DNA of 64,000 nt from an uncultured Mucilaginibacter sp. GTDB taxonomy: Bacteria; Bacteroidota; Bacteroidia; Sphingobacteriales; Sphingobacteriaceae. Location of the stretch: contig CAIPFE010000035.1 of NCBI GenBank assembly GCA_903864275.1, positions 24,874-88,873 of the forward strand. The letters are read 5' to 3'. Below, piece by piece: positions 19,625-30,814 of the stretch (position 1 is its first letter; each line of letters starts with the position of its first letter). The translations under genes were made by a program, and so were the position numbers. Below the pieces are notes generated by a model. The model did not search any database and was not told where the DNA came from. It saw only the letters and a list, made by a program, of their open reading frames with translations.

Positions 19625-20329
19625 ATGAAAAGAATAGCTTATGGCATTTTTGCGGCAGTACTGGTGATTGCGGCAACATTAAAAACATCAGCGCAGTCTG
19701 AAGAGACAAGGCAGGTTTCGGGATTTAACAGTATTGCGTCTTCCGGGCCGTTTGACGTTCACGTAAATATCAATGGAACGGAAAGCCTAAAGATCAGCGC
19801 CAATGCGGATATTATCAAAGAAATAGAAACCGTTGTTGATGATGGGAAATTAAAAATAAAATTTAAACATCACCATGAATGGGGCGACGATCATGTTGGA
19901 AGGATCGATGTTTACGTTACGGCCAAATCATTGTCGTCGCTGGTAAATGCCGGTTCGGGCTCCATCAAAGTTGAAGGACGGCTTAGCGGTAATGACGTAG
20001 ATGTTGTGTTAAGCGGATCGGGCGATATTGAATCATCCGTTAAATCCGACCGTTTGCATGCTACCATCAGTGGGTCAGGGTCTATCCGCCTTAACGGCAA
20101 CGCGGAGGAAGCTAAATTAACAATAACAGGGTCAGGCGAAATAAAAGCAAAAGAACTAAAAACCGGTTCAACTTCGGTAATGATAGCCGGTTCCGGCAGT
20201 GCTTACTTTGATGCCGATAAAACTATATCGGCGAGTATCGTTGGATCAGGTAACGTAGTTTATTCGGGTAATGCCACAGTTACCAACAGCAGGTCTGTAG
20301 GTTCGGGAAGCGTTAGTAAAGCAGACTAA
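19625..20329 (+). CDS. Head GIN domain (DUF2807) secreted beta-helix protein
   Basis: Signal peptide, ETRQVSGFNSI, repeated SGSGxI units. Confidence 0.9.
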   Translation: MKRIAYGIFAAVLVIAATLKTSAQSEETRQVSGFNSIASSGPFDVHVNINGTESLKISANADIIKEIETVVDDGKLKIKFKHHHEWGDDHVGRIDVYVTAKSLSSLVNAGSGSIKVEGRLSGNDVDVVLSGSGDIESSVKSDRLHATISGSGSIRLNGNAEEAKLTITGSGEIKAKELKTGSTSVMIAGSGSAYFDADKTISASIVGSGNVVYSGNATVTNSRSVGSGSVSKAD

Positions 20330-20426
20330 TTGGTGAGTGGTGAATAGTGAGTAGTGACAGTTTAAAAAGAATTATGCACTACTCACCATTCATTTACTTA
20401 TTCACCAATCACTACTCACCACTCAC

Positions 20427-23400
20427 TTATTGCAGCAGCAATTTTAAATTGATCCCAAAATTAGTAAAGGCTGTGTTAAACGTTTGGGACGTATAAGGCC
20501 TGTTTAAGTTCGAATCGTAAAATAAATTCAGGTTAAAACGAGGGCTGATCAAATAATCAATTGAGGGCCGGATCGTAATATTTTGTGCACCTGATGCTAC
20601 CTGTGCCGCCTCACCTGGCTGGAAAATAAATGTTTCGTTGTCCTGCAACGAAAAATCTATCTTAAAATTGACATCGTTTTTATTTGACCTGCCGCTAAAC
20701 CAGCCAAATGGGAACCTGAAATTTTTATCGTGGTAACCCCACCCTAAAACTATTGCATTTTGATTTTGCTGTGCAAGCTGGCCGTTTATCGCGCTAAGGC
20801 TTAACGACCGGCTTTGGCGGTATTCAAAGGTTGCTGTCATGCTATTCTTAAAACGCGCATCTATGCCTATCAACGGCACAAACTGCTCAAGTATAGTCAC
20901 CTGCGCAAACTGGTAAAGCGGCAAAAAGTCGTTATTGGCGTCTCTTGAAATTACCGCGCCGTTAGCTGTCTGGTATTGCAGCAAAGTACTGTAGCCACTT
21001 ACATTGTACGATGCCCGGTAACCATTTTTTATATCAAACGAGTCAAAAACATCGCTAAACCACGGGAGATGGCTTAAGCCGCTATAATCGATCAGCCAGT
21101 TTGGAATAGGGAAACTGGGGAACTGGCTCAGTCCCGAAGTATATGCGTTTTTCCCGGTATAAGCTGCCAGGAAAGCAGGCACCAAAACGTTCTGCGAGTT
21201 AGCGCTGTAGCCATCAGCAAAACCACCAACAGGAACACCAATTGAGTTTGGATTAAGCTTACCGAGCCTTTGCGAAATGATAGGAAGGTCATTCAAAAAA
21301 TGCTGAAAGATGGGTGAATTATTATCAATCCCGCTGATCTTTGAAAATGCCGTTCCAAGCGACATGTACGAAATACTGTAATCTCCGGTAGTAACGGGGT
21401 TATAACTCTGTATATCGTTTCCGCCGTCAATTGATTTAAAATTGGTTTGATAAGTATGGTCCTGCGTTTTAAATGCAGTCAGATCGATCCTGAAGTCTTT
21501 AAACGGCTGAATAGTGCTTCTTAAATGCAGGTCCTGGTTAAAGGTGGTTACGTAAAGCTGATTTTGGAGCGTGTCGGTACTTATCCATCCATGCCCAATA
21601 GCTGTTTGGCGGAGGTCGGCCTGGCTCCCTAACAAAAACCCTATACCCGGTGCACCGTAATTAAGGTCCTGGCCGAAAAAATCCGACGCCGGCAGGTAAC
21701 CCGGAATAAATGTACCGTCCGTCTGCGTATAAGTGCCGCTGATGTTTTTAACGCTGGTTAGCAGCCCTACTAATAATCTACTCAATGCATCGTCATTACC
21801 CGGATCCGTTGCCTTTTTTACAAAAGCAAGCTTATGGTATAAAGTCTCAAAATTAAGGGTTGGGTTAATTTGAATTGTACGCGCATTTTGAATACTGTTA
21901 CCGACATCAAATTGCGGGTCATCGATTGCGAACAGGGGTTGTGCCTGCCAGTTAAAGTGTGTACTATAGCTGGTGACAAGGGTTGCCCAGTCAAGCCCGG
22001 GTATTTTATTGAGCGGAACGTTATAGTGTAAATTTAAAGTATGGTTATAATTTGTGGTACGGCCCAGGGTTAGTATATTTCTCCATAGCGTATCTAACTT
22101 TAAGCCGTCGAGCCTGCCATAAGGTTCATCAACCGTTGAAAGATTGGTGGCGTCGATATCCATAGTAAATGATTTTGTGATATTCCAACCTATACCATAT
22201 ACCCGTGTAATGTTGAATGTTTTATTAAATGTGGGGGTTATAGGTATAATGTTAGTGGGATCATTATTGCGTAAAGTATTCTCCGAATAAAAACGGTCAA
22301 AACTAATACTGTAATTTAACCGGGTGGGGTAAAGGTTATAATTTATGTCGCGCAGCAATGCAAGCATATTGTTTTTGATGATCTTGCTCAAAGGATTGTG
22401 ATACTTTGGCTGGGTAGTAAAATTATAGGCCAATTCAGCATGGTATGTTTTCTCCTGGTCGTCAAGGGTAGTAAAATCGTGGTGCTCAAGCGCGGTATAG
22501 GCCAGTGTTGCATTCCAGTTTTCAATATCCCAGATATGGCTTACCGCCTTAGGATCTGTTTTTGCCTTATGTACATTGGTAAGATTGATACTTTTGTGCG
22601 AGGTATAACTTTCAGCTGCGTTCTTTATAGAATCCCGCACTTTAGCGCTTGGCGCTTCATTAAGTACCTGCTTTAACAGGATATCCCCCGAAGCCGGGTC
22701 ATATTGGGGCATACTTGTTTGCGTTGACACATCTACATACAAGGGGATATGTATGCCGCTTTTATCCGGGAAGAATTTCCCGAGCTCCATGTTCCCCGAA
22801 ATATCGTAGGTTGAATTGTCATCCATGCTTCGGTTACCCACATTCGAATCAAGTGTGCCAAAACCAACAGTAGTTTTGCTTCCGGATATACTAATATTAG
22901 CGAAATCGGCAAGTTTGGCGCTAAATCTTCCAGTAGCAGCCCAGCCGCCCTGTTCATTAAAATTAGTCAGGCGTAATTCATCAAACCATAAGGTACCCGT
23001 TTTTGGGAGCCCGTCGTCCGTAGCTGCGGTGGCTGCGGTCCTTAATGGGTTACGCACGCCAAGCATAACCGTGGTTATCGCACCAAGATCGGGCTGCCCC
23101 AGGATCGTAATTTTATTACTCCCGATTTTTACCGTATACGGCACCGTAATTGGCCAGGGCAGGCCGTTAAGTTTAGCGTTGTCGCGGGCAAGCTTTGCAT
23201 CTGTAAATTGCGAAAGCGTTATATCCATTTCATTTGCTGCCGGCCAAACAGCAGTTGGGCCCCCGCTTCCTGGCTGGGTAACCTGGAGAGGTATCTCATA
23301 CTCATAATAATTCTGTACATAATCCGTCCCTAAACGTATAAAACCACTCAGGTCGTAATTCTTTAACCCGGTGCCTTCAGCGTGGATAAACATTTGCAGC

Positions 23401-26400
23401 TGCTTATATTGCCGCAGGTCGTTATTAAAAAGTTTGTAAGCGGCCCGCGAATACCCATCGCTCAGGTTGGTTACAAGTAACGACAACGACTGCTCATTTA
23501 GCCGGGTATTAACCTGTAAATTGCTGTAATCGGGCTGCTGCTGGATTCCTGGCGGTATTGAGTAGGGTACAGGTATGCGGTTGCTGTCCTCAAAAACATT
23601 TACTGTTTCCACATCAATGGTTGAATTGTCAAGCGGCGGGTTAATAAGGGATGGGTCTGCAATTACGTTGGCAGGATCGTTCTCAGTATTAAACGCAAGC
23701 CACGAACCCCGTACCAATTGTAATGTGGCAAAACGCAGTATTGCAGTATCGGCAAAATTGGTCATGAACATCCGCATGTATCGGATCGACTTAAAATCCT
23801 GGATACCGCCTATAACAGACTCATAAGATTTTATAGGCACCCTGAACTGGTACCAGCTAACCGCCTGTGTTGACCCGTTGGCAAGTTTAACCTGCGAGGT
23901 AACTTTATCAGTAACGAAATTTTTGCCCACTACCAGGTCCTGCGGGCGAACCGACACTTTATATTGAAAATATTCATCATCCTGGTCCATGTTGCCATCA
24001 TGGTTAACATCTTCCCCATCAGGCAATGCCGTAGATGCCGACGTTTGGAGGCCAAGCAGTGCCTGCGATTGTTGTGAAGTAGGCGAGTTGCCATCGGTGC
24101 CGTTATACATGCTGTAACGCTGTAAAATACCCGCGCCTGCCCTGTCAAGTGCCGGGCCCTGGTAATACTGGTAATCATCCGATGAAGGGTCGGCGGTTAA
24201 ACTATTTGCCGCGGCCGCGCTTAGTTGCCCTTTGGCCTGCTGTATTACGTTCGAAAATTTCGTCCTTTCATCCGCGTCATTTAAACCATCTAAACCAATG
24301 TCCTGCAGTTGGCGCGAAGTCGGGTTACTATCAAATGAATTAACTACCGGCTGAATTTGAGACACCTTGCCCCATGCAGTTTCGCTAACCTTCCCGCTGG
24401 TACCGTCAACAGGCAAAGCATTTTCCAGGCTTTTCTGCCCGTCTTTTAATATGTCCTCTGATACGTTGCCCAGGTTAAAAAAGAGGTCACCGCCTACTGA
24501 ATTAGGTTTGTATATAAAAGGGTCCATTATCCAAAATTCAATATATACCACATTCAGGTCCTGGAAATCAGTTGAGTTGATACCCCTGAACATGCCACCC
24601 CATCGGGTTTGCGGGTTTTGCAACGTCCCGTTGCTGTTGAGGCCGGTGGTTGTATAGTTATACGGGCCGCGAATCATCGGATAAAAAGCAAGGTCCAAGG
24701 TAGGTATAGGCAGAGGCTGCCCTGTAGGCGATTGTTGATTCGGGAACACCTCATTTTGAAGCACCTGCCTGACGTAGTGATTTGATAACTCATTTCGGCT
24801 AACGGGGATAGTGGTACCGCTATAAAAAATAGGGTCGATAGTATAAAATGAAAGGCGGGCACGGTTGTATCCATAGCTCAGGTCATTAAAGGCCTGCGAT
24901 TCAGGAAATAGTTGTGGTGTGCCCGAAATTTGCCAGCTTGACGGACTTCTAACGTCAATGACTGAAGTGCTGTTTTCAAAATCGTCAAGGTATGCTGTTC
25001 CGTTTTTTGATCCGGCAAAATTAAGGGCGCTTGGGCTGCCGGGTATCAGATCAGCAAATTCGCCGGTAAAGTTTATGGACGAGGGCACTTTGGTATGGAT
25101 AAGCGGTATCTTGTCCACCAGCCTTGTAAGCAGCCTCGACGTTGAATTATAATTAATATCAAAACCAACCATTGTATTTGAAACCGACTCTTCTCCAATA
25201 ATTTCATTTTGGGTTATAGGCTGTTCGGTTAAGTGCATTAAGGTAGCTCCCAATGCCAGGTTATCGTTAACTTTATAGTCAAGCCTTGCCCCGTACAGCG
25301 ATTTTTGCTGTACCCCAAATAGCTCGTTATTTTCCACTTTTACAGTAATTGGCTGCCCTGACGAAAGCAAGGCCTGGTTAAGGATACGGATTGTGCCTGC
25401 CGTATAATCAATTGTGTAATCGGCGCCTTCTTTCAATGTTAACGTTCCCGCGTTGACGATCACAGATCCCTGTGGTATATTAACAGCATTTAACTGGTAC
25501 ACCGAGCCGCCCGTGGCAGTATAAGTGCCCGATATGGTATACCTGTTCAAGTTCGGAAAAAGCCGCTGCGCCGTTGTTTGTGTCGAATCGTATAAGGGCT
25601 GATAAACGTAGCGCTTGATCAGGTCCTGTTCACCCGGCAGGAACCGCTTGGCCAGGTCGGCGCCAAAGGGTTCCAATACAGGGAATACAATAACCCCGTT
25701 TTGCGAATTGATGGTTATTCCTTCAAGGTAATCAAAATAACCGTCAGGCTGCTTTTGCTGCTGTTGATCGAGGTTATCCAGGTCGGTAAGTTGTATCCAA
25801 AGTTTGCCTTTTGTATTCTGCCCTTCCTCCATTATGGGTTTTTCGAAACCTGTTTTATCATCCAGCCGGGATATGGTCATTTTAAAATCTTTAGGACTAA
25901 CCTGGTATGCATTCAATGAATAAACATTTTTCATCATCAGGTCCCAGGTGGGCAAGGTGGTTTTCAGCAGCTCATTTTTCAACAGTTTTACATATAGCAC
26001 TTTAGGGGTGGTCTGGTTAACCGGCAAATCGGTGGAGAATTCACCCACCTGGTATTGCTGGCCATTATAGGTGTATTGATAAGCCACCGCGAGCACTTCA
26101 TCATTGTTGAGCGGGTAGTTCAATGAAATGTAACCCAGCTGTGGGTTAAGTGTATAATCTTTAGACGTTAACAACCGGGCATAGGTTAATTTGGCATAAT
26201 TATCGGCCCCGCCGCTGCCGGCGAAATAAGTTGCAATGGTATTGTGAGGGTCGTTCGTCAACCGTGCATTTGCGGGGATATTGCGCAGTAAAGAATTTGA
26301 TTGCTGCGGAAAACCGGGCCCCTGGAAACCTGCCGGCAAACCCGAAAAAGCAGGCCCTCCTTTTACAAGGGTGGTGTTAAATGGCTTGTTTTCGCCAAGG

Positions 26401-27473
26401 TCAATAAATCCAAGGATATCGCGTGATCCGGTTGTGCTGTTTATCCTGTTTGTGGTCCAAACCTCGATTTTCGTTATATTAACGCTTGAGCTGATTATGG
26501 GTATATTGGCAAGCGCCTTATCATAGTTGTTACGGAAAAACTGCGACAAAAAGAAGTGCTTGTTGGCATCGTAGTTGGCTGCTGTAAGCTTAAATTGCCC
26601 CTGCTGAGAGCCGTTGGTAATGGTTATAGTTTGTGATTTGGAGCGTTGCTGCGCGAAAATAGTACTTACGTCAAGGTTGCCGAACTTCAGTTTGGCTTTC
26701 ACACCAAAAAGGGCCTGGCTGCCAGTGATCAGTGTGGTAGGCAAGGTCATGCTTACCGTACCAAGCTCAATCTTCTGGATGATCTCATCCGGGTGGCCGG
26801 TATAGTCAACTTTTATCTGGTTTTCGAACTGAAACTGGGCGTCGGTATTATAATTGGTAGTAATTTTTAATTTATCGCCAATTGTGCCGGTTACGTTTAA
26901 TTGTATTTTTTCATTAAAATTAAAATTAAACTGGTTGCGCTGCTGGGTGTTGAAAAGCGGGTTTTGATTTTGGTTCAACTGACCGGACATAATGGCCTCT
27001 GCCGATCCCTGCGGCTTGATATCAATATTCGGGCCGCCGAAAATCTGCTCGAATGTTTGGCTGCGTATTTTTATCCTTGGAATAAACCCGGGCTGCTGGG
27101 ATTGATAGGCGTAATCGTCCGATAGCTTTTTAAAATTATTGCGTTCGTTTGCCCTTGCTACCAATGCTAAATAATCGGCAAAAGTAAGGTATTGCGGCGG
27201 GCGGTATAACATATTACCAACACGTTCATAAAGTATATACAGGCCGGTTACCGAATCGTATTCAACCGTGCGGACAAGGTTTGGTGGGTCAAGATCAAAT
27301 ATTCCTTCCCTTAATCGAGAATTGTTAGACTGGGGGGTGGTAACAGGAATAATGACTTTAGCTGTGTCCTTTTTTGCAGCGGGCGGCTGTTGCTGGCCAA
27401 AAACATTCCCTAAGCCGCAAAATGCAGATATAAGCAAAATACATATAAGCGTCCGGGTAAATATCCTAAACAA
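20427..27473 (-). CDS. sprA: Type IX secretion system outer-membrane translocon SprA
   Basis: 2348 aa, TTG start. IFGGPNIDIKPQGSAE, YTGHPDEIIQKIELG, YDANKHFFLSQFF, DGQKSLENALP, LWFDELRL; C-terminal beta-strand ending FGINLKLLLQ. Confidence 0.95.
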   Translation of the reverse strand: MFRIFTRTLICILLISAFCGLGNVFGQQQPPAAKKDTAKVIIPVTTPQSNNSRLREGIFDLDPPNLVRTVEYDSVTGLYILYERVGNMLYRPPQYLTFADYLALVARANERNNFKKLSDDYAYQSQQPGFIPRIKIRSQTFEQIFGGPNIDIKPQGSAEAIMSGQLNQNQNPLFNTQQRNQFNFNFNEKIQLNVTGTIGDKLKITTNYNTDAQFQFENQIKVDYTGHPDEIIQKIELGTVSMTLPTTLITGSQALFGVKAKLKFGNLDVSTIFAQQRSKSQTITITNGSQQGQFKLTAANYDANKHFFLSQFFRNNYDKALANIPIISSSVNITKIEVWTTNRINSTTGSRDILGFIDLGENKPFNTTLVKGGPAFSGLPAGFQGPGFPQQSNSLLRNIPANARLTNDPHNTIATYFAGSGGADNYAKLTYARLLTSKDYTLNPQLGYISLNYPLNNDEVLAVAYQYTYNGQQYQVGEFSTDLPVNQTTPKVLYVKLLKNELLKTTLPTWDLMMKNVYSLNAYQVSPKDFKMTISRLDDKTGFEKPIMEEGQNTKGKLWIQLTDLDNLDQQQQKQPDGYFDYLEGITINSQNGVIVFPVLEPFGADLAKRFLPGEQDLIKRYVYQPLYDSTQTTAQRLFPNLNRYTISGTYTATGGSVYQLNAVNIPQGSVIVNAGTLTLKEGADYTIDYTAGTIRILNQALLSSGQPITVKVENNELFGVQQKSLYGARLDYKVNDNLALGATLMHLTEQPITQNEIIGEESVSNTMVGFDINYNSTSRLLTRLVDKIPLIHTKVPSSINFTGEFADLIPGSPSALNFAGSKNGTAYLDDFENSTSVIDVRSPSSWQISGTPQLFPESQAFNDLSYGYNRARLSFYTIDPIFYSGTTIPVSRNELSNHYVRQVLQNEVFPNQQSPTGQPLPIPTLDLAFYPMIRGPYNYTTTGLNSNGTLQNPQTRWGGMFRGINSTDFQDLNVVYIEFWIMDPFIYKPNSVGGDLFFNLGNVSEDILKDGQKSLENALPVDGTSGKVSETAWGKVSQIQPVVNSFDSNPTSRQLQDIGLDGLNDADERTKFSNVIQQAKGQLSAAAANSLTADPSSDDYQYYQGPALDRAGAGILQRYSMYNGTDGNSPTSQQSQALLGLQTSASTALPDGEDVNHDGNMDQDDEYFQYKVSVRPQDLVVGKNFVTDKVTSQVKLANGSTQAVSWYQFRVPIKSYESVIGGIQDFKSIRYMRMFMTNFADTAILRFATLQLVRGSWLAFNTENDPANVIADPSLINPPLDNSTIDVETVNVFEDSNRIPVPYSIPPGIQQQPDYSNLQVNTRLNEQSLSLLVTNLSDGYSRAAYKLFNNDLRQYKQLQMFIHAEGTGLKNYDLSGFIRLGTDYVQNYYEYEIPLQVTQPGSGGPTAVWPAANEMDITLSQFTDAKLARDNAKLNGLPWPITVPYTVKIGSNKITILGQPDLGAITTVMLGVRNPLRTAATAATDDGLPKTGTLWFDELRLTNFNEQGGWAATGRFSAKLADFANISISGSKTTVGFGTLDSNVGNRSMDDNSTYDISGNMELGKFFPDKSGIHIPLYVDVSTQTSMPQYDPASGDILLKQVLNEAPSAKVRDSIKNAAESYTSHKSINLTNVHKAKTDPKAVSHIWDIENWNATLAYTALEHHDFTTLDDQEKTYHAELAYNFTTQPKYHNPLSKIIKNNMLALLRDINYNLYPTRLNYSISFDRFYSENTLRNNDPTNIIPITPTFNKTFNITRVYGIGWNITKSFTMDIDATNLSTVDEPYGRLDGLKLDTLWRNILTLGRTTNYNHTLNLHYNVPLNKIPGLDWATLVTSYSTHFNWQAQPLFAIDDPQFDVGNSIQNARTIQINPTLNFETLYHKLAFVKKATDPGNDDALSRLLVGLLTSVKNISGTYTQTDGTFIPGYLPASDFFGQDLNYGAPGIGFLLGSQADLRQTAIGHGWISTDTLQNQLYVTTFNQDLHLRSTIQPFKDFRIDLTAFKTQDHTYQTNFKSIDGGNDIQSYNPVTTGDYSISYMSLGTAFSKISGIDNNSPIFQHFLNDLPIISQRLGKLNPNSIGVPVGGFADGYSANSQNVLVPAFLAAYTGKNAYTSGLSQFPSFPIPNWLIDYSGLSHLPWFSDVFDSFDIKNGYRASYNVSGYSTLLQYQTANGAVISRDANNDFLPLYQFAQVTILEQFVPLIGIDARFKNSMTATFEYRQSRSLSLSAINGQLAQQNQNAIVLGWGYHDKNFRFPFGWFSGRSNKNDVNFKIDFSLQDNETFIFQPGEAAQVASGAQNITIRPSIDYLISPRFNLNLFYDSNLNRPYTSQTFNTAFTNFGINLKLLLQ

Positions 27474-27496
27474 TGGTCAGTAGAATTTAATCGTAA

Positions 27497-28081
27497 TTAT
27501 AAACTTTTTAATGCAAATTTTATAAGTTGTTCAACGGTTAAGTCGTCACTATTTTTATTTATTTCCTGCTCCAGTACCTTCTCAGCAGCGTTGCGCGCAA
27601 AGCCGAGCATCACTAAAGCCGACAATGCTTCATCTTTAGCAGTTTTATTTAACGGAGAGGCGCTCAATGTATCAGCACCCTCTTTTCGCAGTTTATCCTG
27701 CAGTTCAAGTATTACCCGCTGCGCTGATTTGGGGCCTATGCCTTTTATCCGCTGTATCAACGACACGTTCCCTGATATGATTGCATGCTGTATCTCTTCC
27801 GGGGTTATTGATGACAACATCATCCGGCCCGTATTCGGTCCTATGCCCGGTATTGATATCAGGTGTAAAAACAGGCGGCGCTCTCCCTCATCGGCAAAGC
27901 CATATAAAGTGTGTGCATCCTCTTTTACGTGCAACCAGGTAAACAGTTTACAACGCTCGGAATTAGTAAGACGCGAATAGGTATTTAATGAAATATTGAT
28001 GTGGTAACCTACGCCCCCGGCATCAATCACTACAAACGCGGCGCTTTTGAAAACTAACTTACCATCAATATAGGCGTACAT
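27497..28081 (-). CDS. ruvA: Holliday junction branch migration protein RuvA
   Basis: MYAYIDGKL, VKEDAHTLYGF, HhH motifs GIGPNTG and GIGPKSAQRVILEL, EALSALVMLGF. Confidence 0.98.
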   Translation of the reverse strand: MYAYIDGKLVFKSAAFVVIDAGGVGYHINISLNTYSRLTNSERCKLFTWLHVKEDAHTLYGFADEGERRLFLHLISIPGIGPNTGRMMLSSITPEEIQHAIISGNVSLIQRIKGIGPKSAQRVILELQDKLRKEGADTLSASPLNKTAKDEALSALVMLGFARNAAEKVLEQEINKNSDDLTVEQLIKFALKSL

Positions 28082-28297
28082 ATTTTTTTGTTTTTGTGAA
28101 AGGTAAAAAGCGAAAGGTAAAAGGTTTATAAGGGTTATAGATTAATTTGTTGTAAATACTACAACTCTAATTCCTTAAAAATAGTTTAGCCCTTATATAC
28201 TTTTTTTCTCCTGTTTTCCATTCAGCCGTTATTCATTCTGATCTATTATATTGTTGTGTGTTTTGTATTACCTCAATCCCCATTTTCACTTTTCATC

Positions 28298-30568
28298 TCA
28301 CCCTCCCTTTTCCTGGGCATCAACTACCGCTATGGTTATCATATTGACAATTTCCCTTACCGAACTGCCTAACTGCAGTACGTGTACCGGCTTTTTTAAA
28401 CCAAGCAGTATCGGGCCAACAGCTTCGGCGCCGCCCATTTCCTGTAATAATTTATAGGCAATATTCCCCGATTCAAGATTTGGAAAAATAAGCGTATTTG
28501 CCGGCCTTCCTATTAAAGTAGAAAAAGGAAAATTATCAGCAAGCAGATCGGAATTTAAAGCAAAATTGGCCTGCATATCCCCGTCAATAACCATTTCGGG
28601 GTACTTTTCATGCAGGATACTTACTGCTTCCCTGGTTTTTTCCGGGATAGGGCCTTCGTTCGATCCGAAGTTTGAATAGGATAGTACAGCAACCCTCGGG
28701 TTTATATTAAACTGCCTTACCGACTTCTCTATCAGAACGGTTATATCAACCAGGTCCTGGACGGTAGGGTTAACATTTACGGTGGTGTCCCCAAAAAATA
28801 TCGGTCCTTTTTTGGTGATCATCATATACATGCCAGCCACCCGTCGAACACCATCAGCTGTTCCGATAATTTGCAGCGCCGGTTTTATGGTTGTTACATA
28901 ATCTTTGGTTAAGCCGGAGATCAGCGCATCGGCCTCGCCAAACTGTACCATACATGCCCCATAGTAATTCCGGTCGCTTAATAATTTCCTCGACTCAAAT
29001 AAAGTGACCCCTCTGCGCTGGCGCTTATTATACAAATAGTCAGCATATTCGTCAATATGCTCACACCGTTCTTTAGGGTCAATAATATGCACATCACCAA
29101 GGTCAATATCAAACTCCCTCATTATTTGCTTTATCTTATCAATATTGCCCAGCAAGATCGGGGTGGCTATACCCTCTTCCTTAACGATCTGGGCAGCCCG
29201 CAAAATTTTATAGGTGTCAGCTTCAGCAAAAACTATCCGCTTGGGATTTTGCCTGGCTTTATTGGTCAGGTTGCGTAATAATTTATCATTTATTCCTACC
29301 CTTACCCTAAGTTCCTCGTTGTAAGCATCCCAGTTCGTGATTGTTTTACGCGCAACTCCCGAATCAATAGCGGCCCTTGCAACTGCAGACGAAACCTCGG
29401 TGATCAGGCGCGGGTCCATAGGTTTTGGGATAATATATTCGCGGCCAAACTTCAGGTTGGTGGTGTTATATGCAAGGTTAACCGCCTCGGGGATTGGCTT
29501 TTTGGCCATATCCGCTATCGCGTTAACGGCCGCGATCTTCATTTCTTCATTTATAGCAGTTGCCCTTACATCAAGTGCGCCCCGGAAAATATAAGGGAAC
29601 CCCAGCACATTATTTACCTGGTTAGGAAAATCAGAACGGCCGGTAGCCATTATAATGTCTTTGCGGGCATTTATAGCCAGGTCATAAGCAATTTCAGGAT
29701 TTGGGTTGGCCATTGCAAAAACAATGGGATTTTTAGCCATAACGCGCAGCATATCGGGCGTAACAACGTTACTCGCCGAAAGGCCCACAAACACATCGGC
29801 ATTTTTCATTGCCTCCAAAAGCGTCCCGGCGTCTTTACGAGTAGTCGCGAATGCCATCCGTATATCATCAAGATCCGTGCGTTCAGGAGTGATCAGCCCG
29901 TTAATGTCGAACATTACCAGGTTTTCTTTTTTTACCCCTAATGCAAAATACATTTTTGAGCATGATACAGCTGCCGCGCCCGCACCGTTAACAACCATTT
30001 TTATCTTATCCAGCTTTTTACCCTGTATTTCGCAGGCATTTTTTAATGCAGCCCCTGATATGATTGCCGTTCCGTGCTGATCATCGTGCATCACCGGAAT
30101 TTTCATTTCCGCTTTTAACCTGCGTTCAATTTCAAAGCAGGTCGGGGCAGATATATCCTCAAGATTAATGCCGCCGAACGTTGGTTCAAGCGCCCTGACA
30201 ATATTTACAAACTCATCAACCGTTTTTGCGTTCACTTCAAGGTCAAAAACATCAATATCGGCGTAAATTTTAAACAACAGGCCCTTGCCTTCCATAACGG
30301 GCTTGCTTGCCTCGGGCCCAATATTCCCCAGCCCCAGCACGGCTGTCCCATTGCTGATCACGCCAACAAGGTTGCCTTTAGCGGTATATTTATAAACATC
30401 CTCAATATTATCAGCAATTCGTAAGCAAGGTTCGGCAACGCCCGGCGAGTACGCCATGCTCAGGTCGCGTTGCGAATTAGTGGGTTTTGTAGGGACTACT
30501 TGTATTTTACCCGGGCGGCCTTTCGAATGGTAGTTTAACGCGTCCTGGTTACGGGTAGGTTTGTTCAT
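28298..30568 (-). CDS. maeB: NADP-dependent malic enzyme fused to a phosphotransacetylase-like domain
   Basis: [48 protein letters not shown] motifs plus a C-terminal PTA-like domain. Confidence 0.96.
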   Translation of the reverse strand: MNKPTRNQDALNYHSKGRPGKIQVVPTKPTNSQRDLSMAYSPGVAEPCLRIADNIEDVYKYTAKGNLVGVISNGTAVLGLGNIGPEASKPVMEGKGLLFKIYADIDVFDLEVNAKTVDEFVNIVRALEPTFGGINLEDISAPTCFEIERRLKAEMKIPVMHDDQHGTAIISGAALKNACEIQGKKLDKIKMVVNGAGAAAVSCSKMYFALGVKKENLVMFDINGLITPERTDLDDIRMAFATTRKDAGTLLEAMKNADVFVGLSASNVVTPDMLRVMAKNPIVFAMANPNPEIAYDLAINARKDIIMATGRSDFPNQVNNVLGFPYIFRGALDVRATAINEEMKIAAVNAIADMAKKPIPEAVNLAYNTTNLKFGREYIIPKPMDPRLITEVSSAVARAAIDSGVARKTITNWDAYNEELRVRVGINDKLLRNLTNKARQNPKRIVFAEADTYKILRAAQIVKEEGIATPILLGNIDKIKQIMREFDIDLGDVHIIDPKERCEHIDEYADYLYNKRQRRGVTLFESRKLLSDRNYYGACMVQFGEADALISGLTKDYVTTIKPALQIIGTADGVRRVAGMYMMITKKGPIFFGDTTVNVNPTVQDLVDITVLIEKSVRQFNINPRVAVLSYSNFGSNEGPIPEKTREAVSILHEKYPEMVIDGDMQANFALNSDLLADNFPFSTLIGRPANTLIFPNLESGNIAYKLLQEMGGAEAVGPILLGLKKPVHVLQLGSSVREIVNMITIAVVDAQEKGG

Positions 30569-30814
30569 CTTCTCAATTTCAAGTACTCAAAATTACAATT
30601 CTTTTTGCCCGAAAGGAGAAAGAAAAGGTGAAAGGCGAAGGTGAAAGGCAAAAGATTTAATCCGAAATTAAACATTCGACTTCCTGCCGGCCAAATCTCC
30701 AATGGTAACGGGGATTGATTCAATCCGAAATCGAAATTCTCCTAAGGATTCCTTCGGGCCGGTAAAAAGAACTCCTTCAAATCCGAAATCGAAATTCCAA
30801 ATTCCGAAATTCTT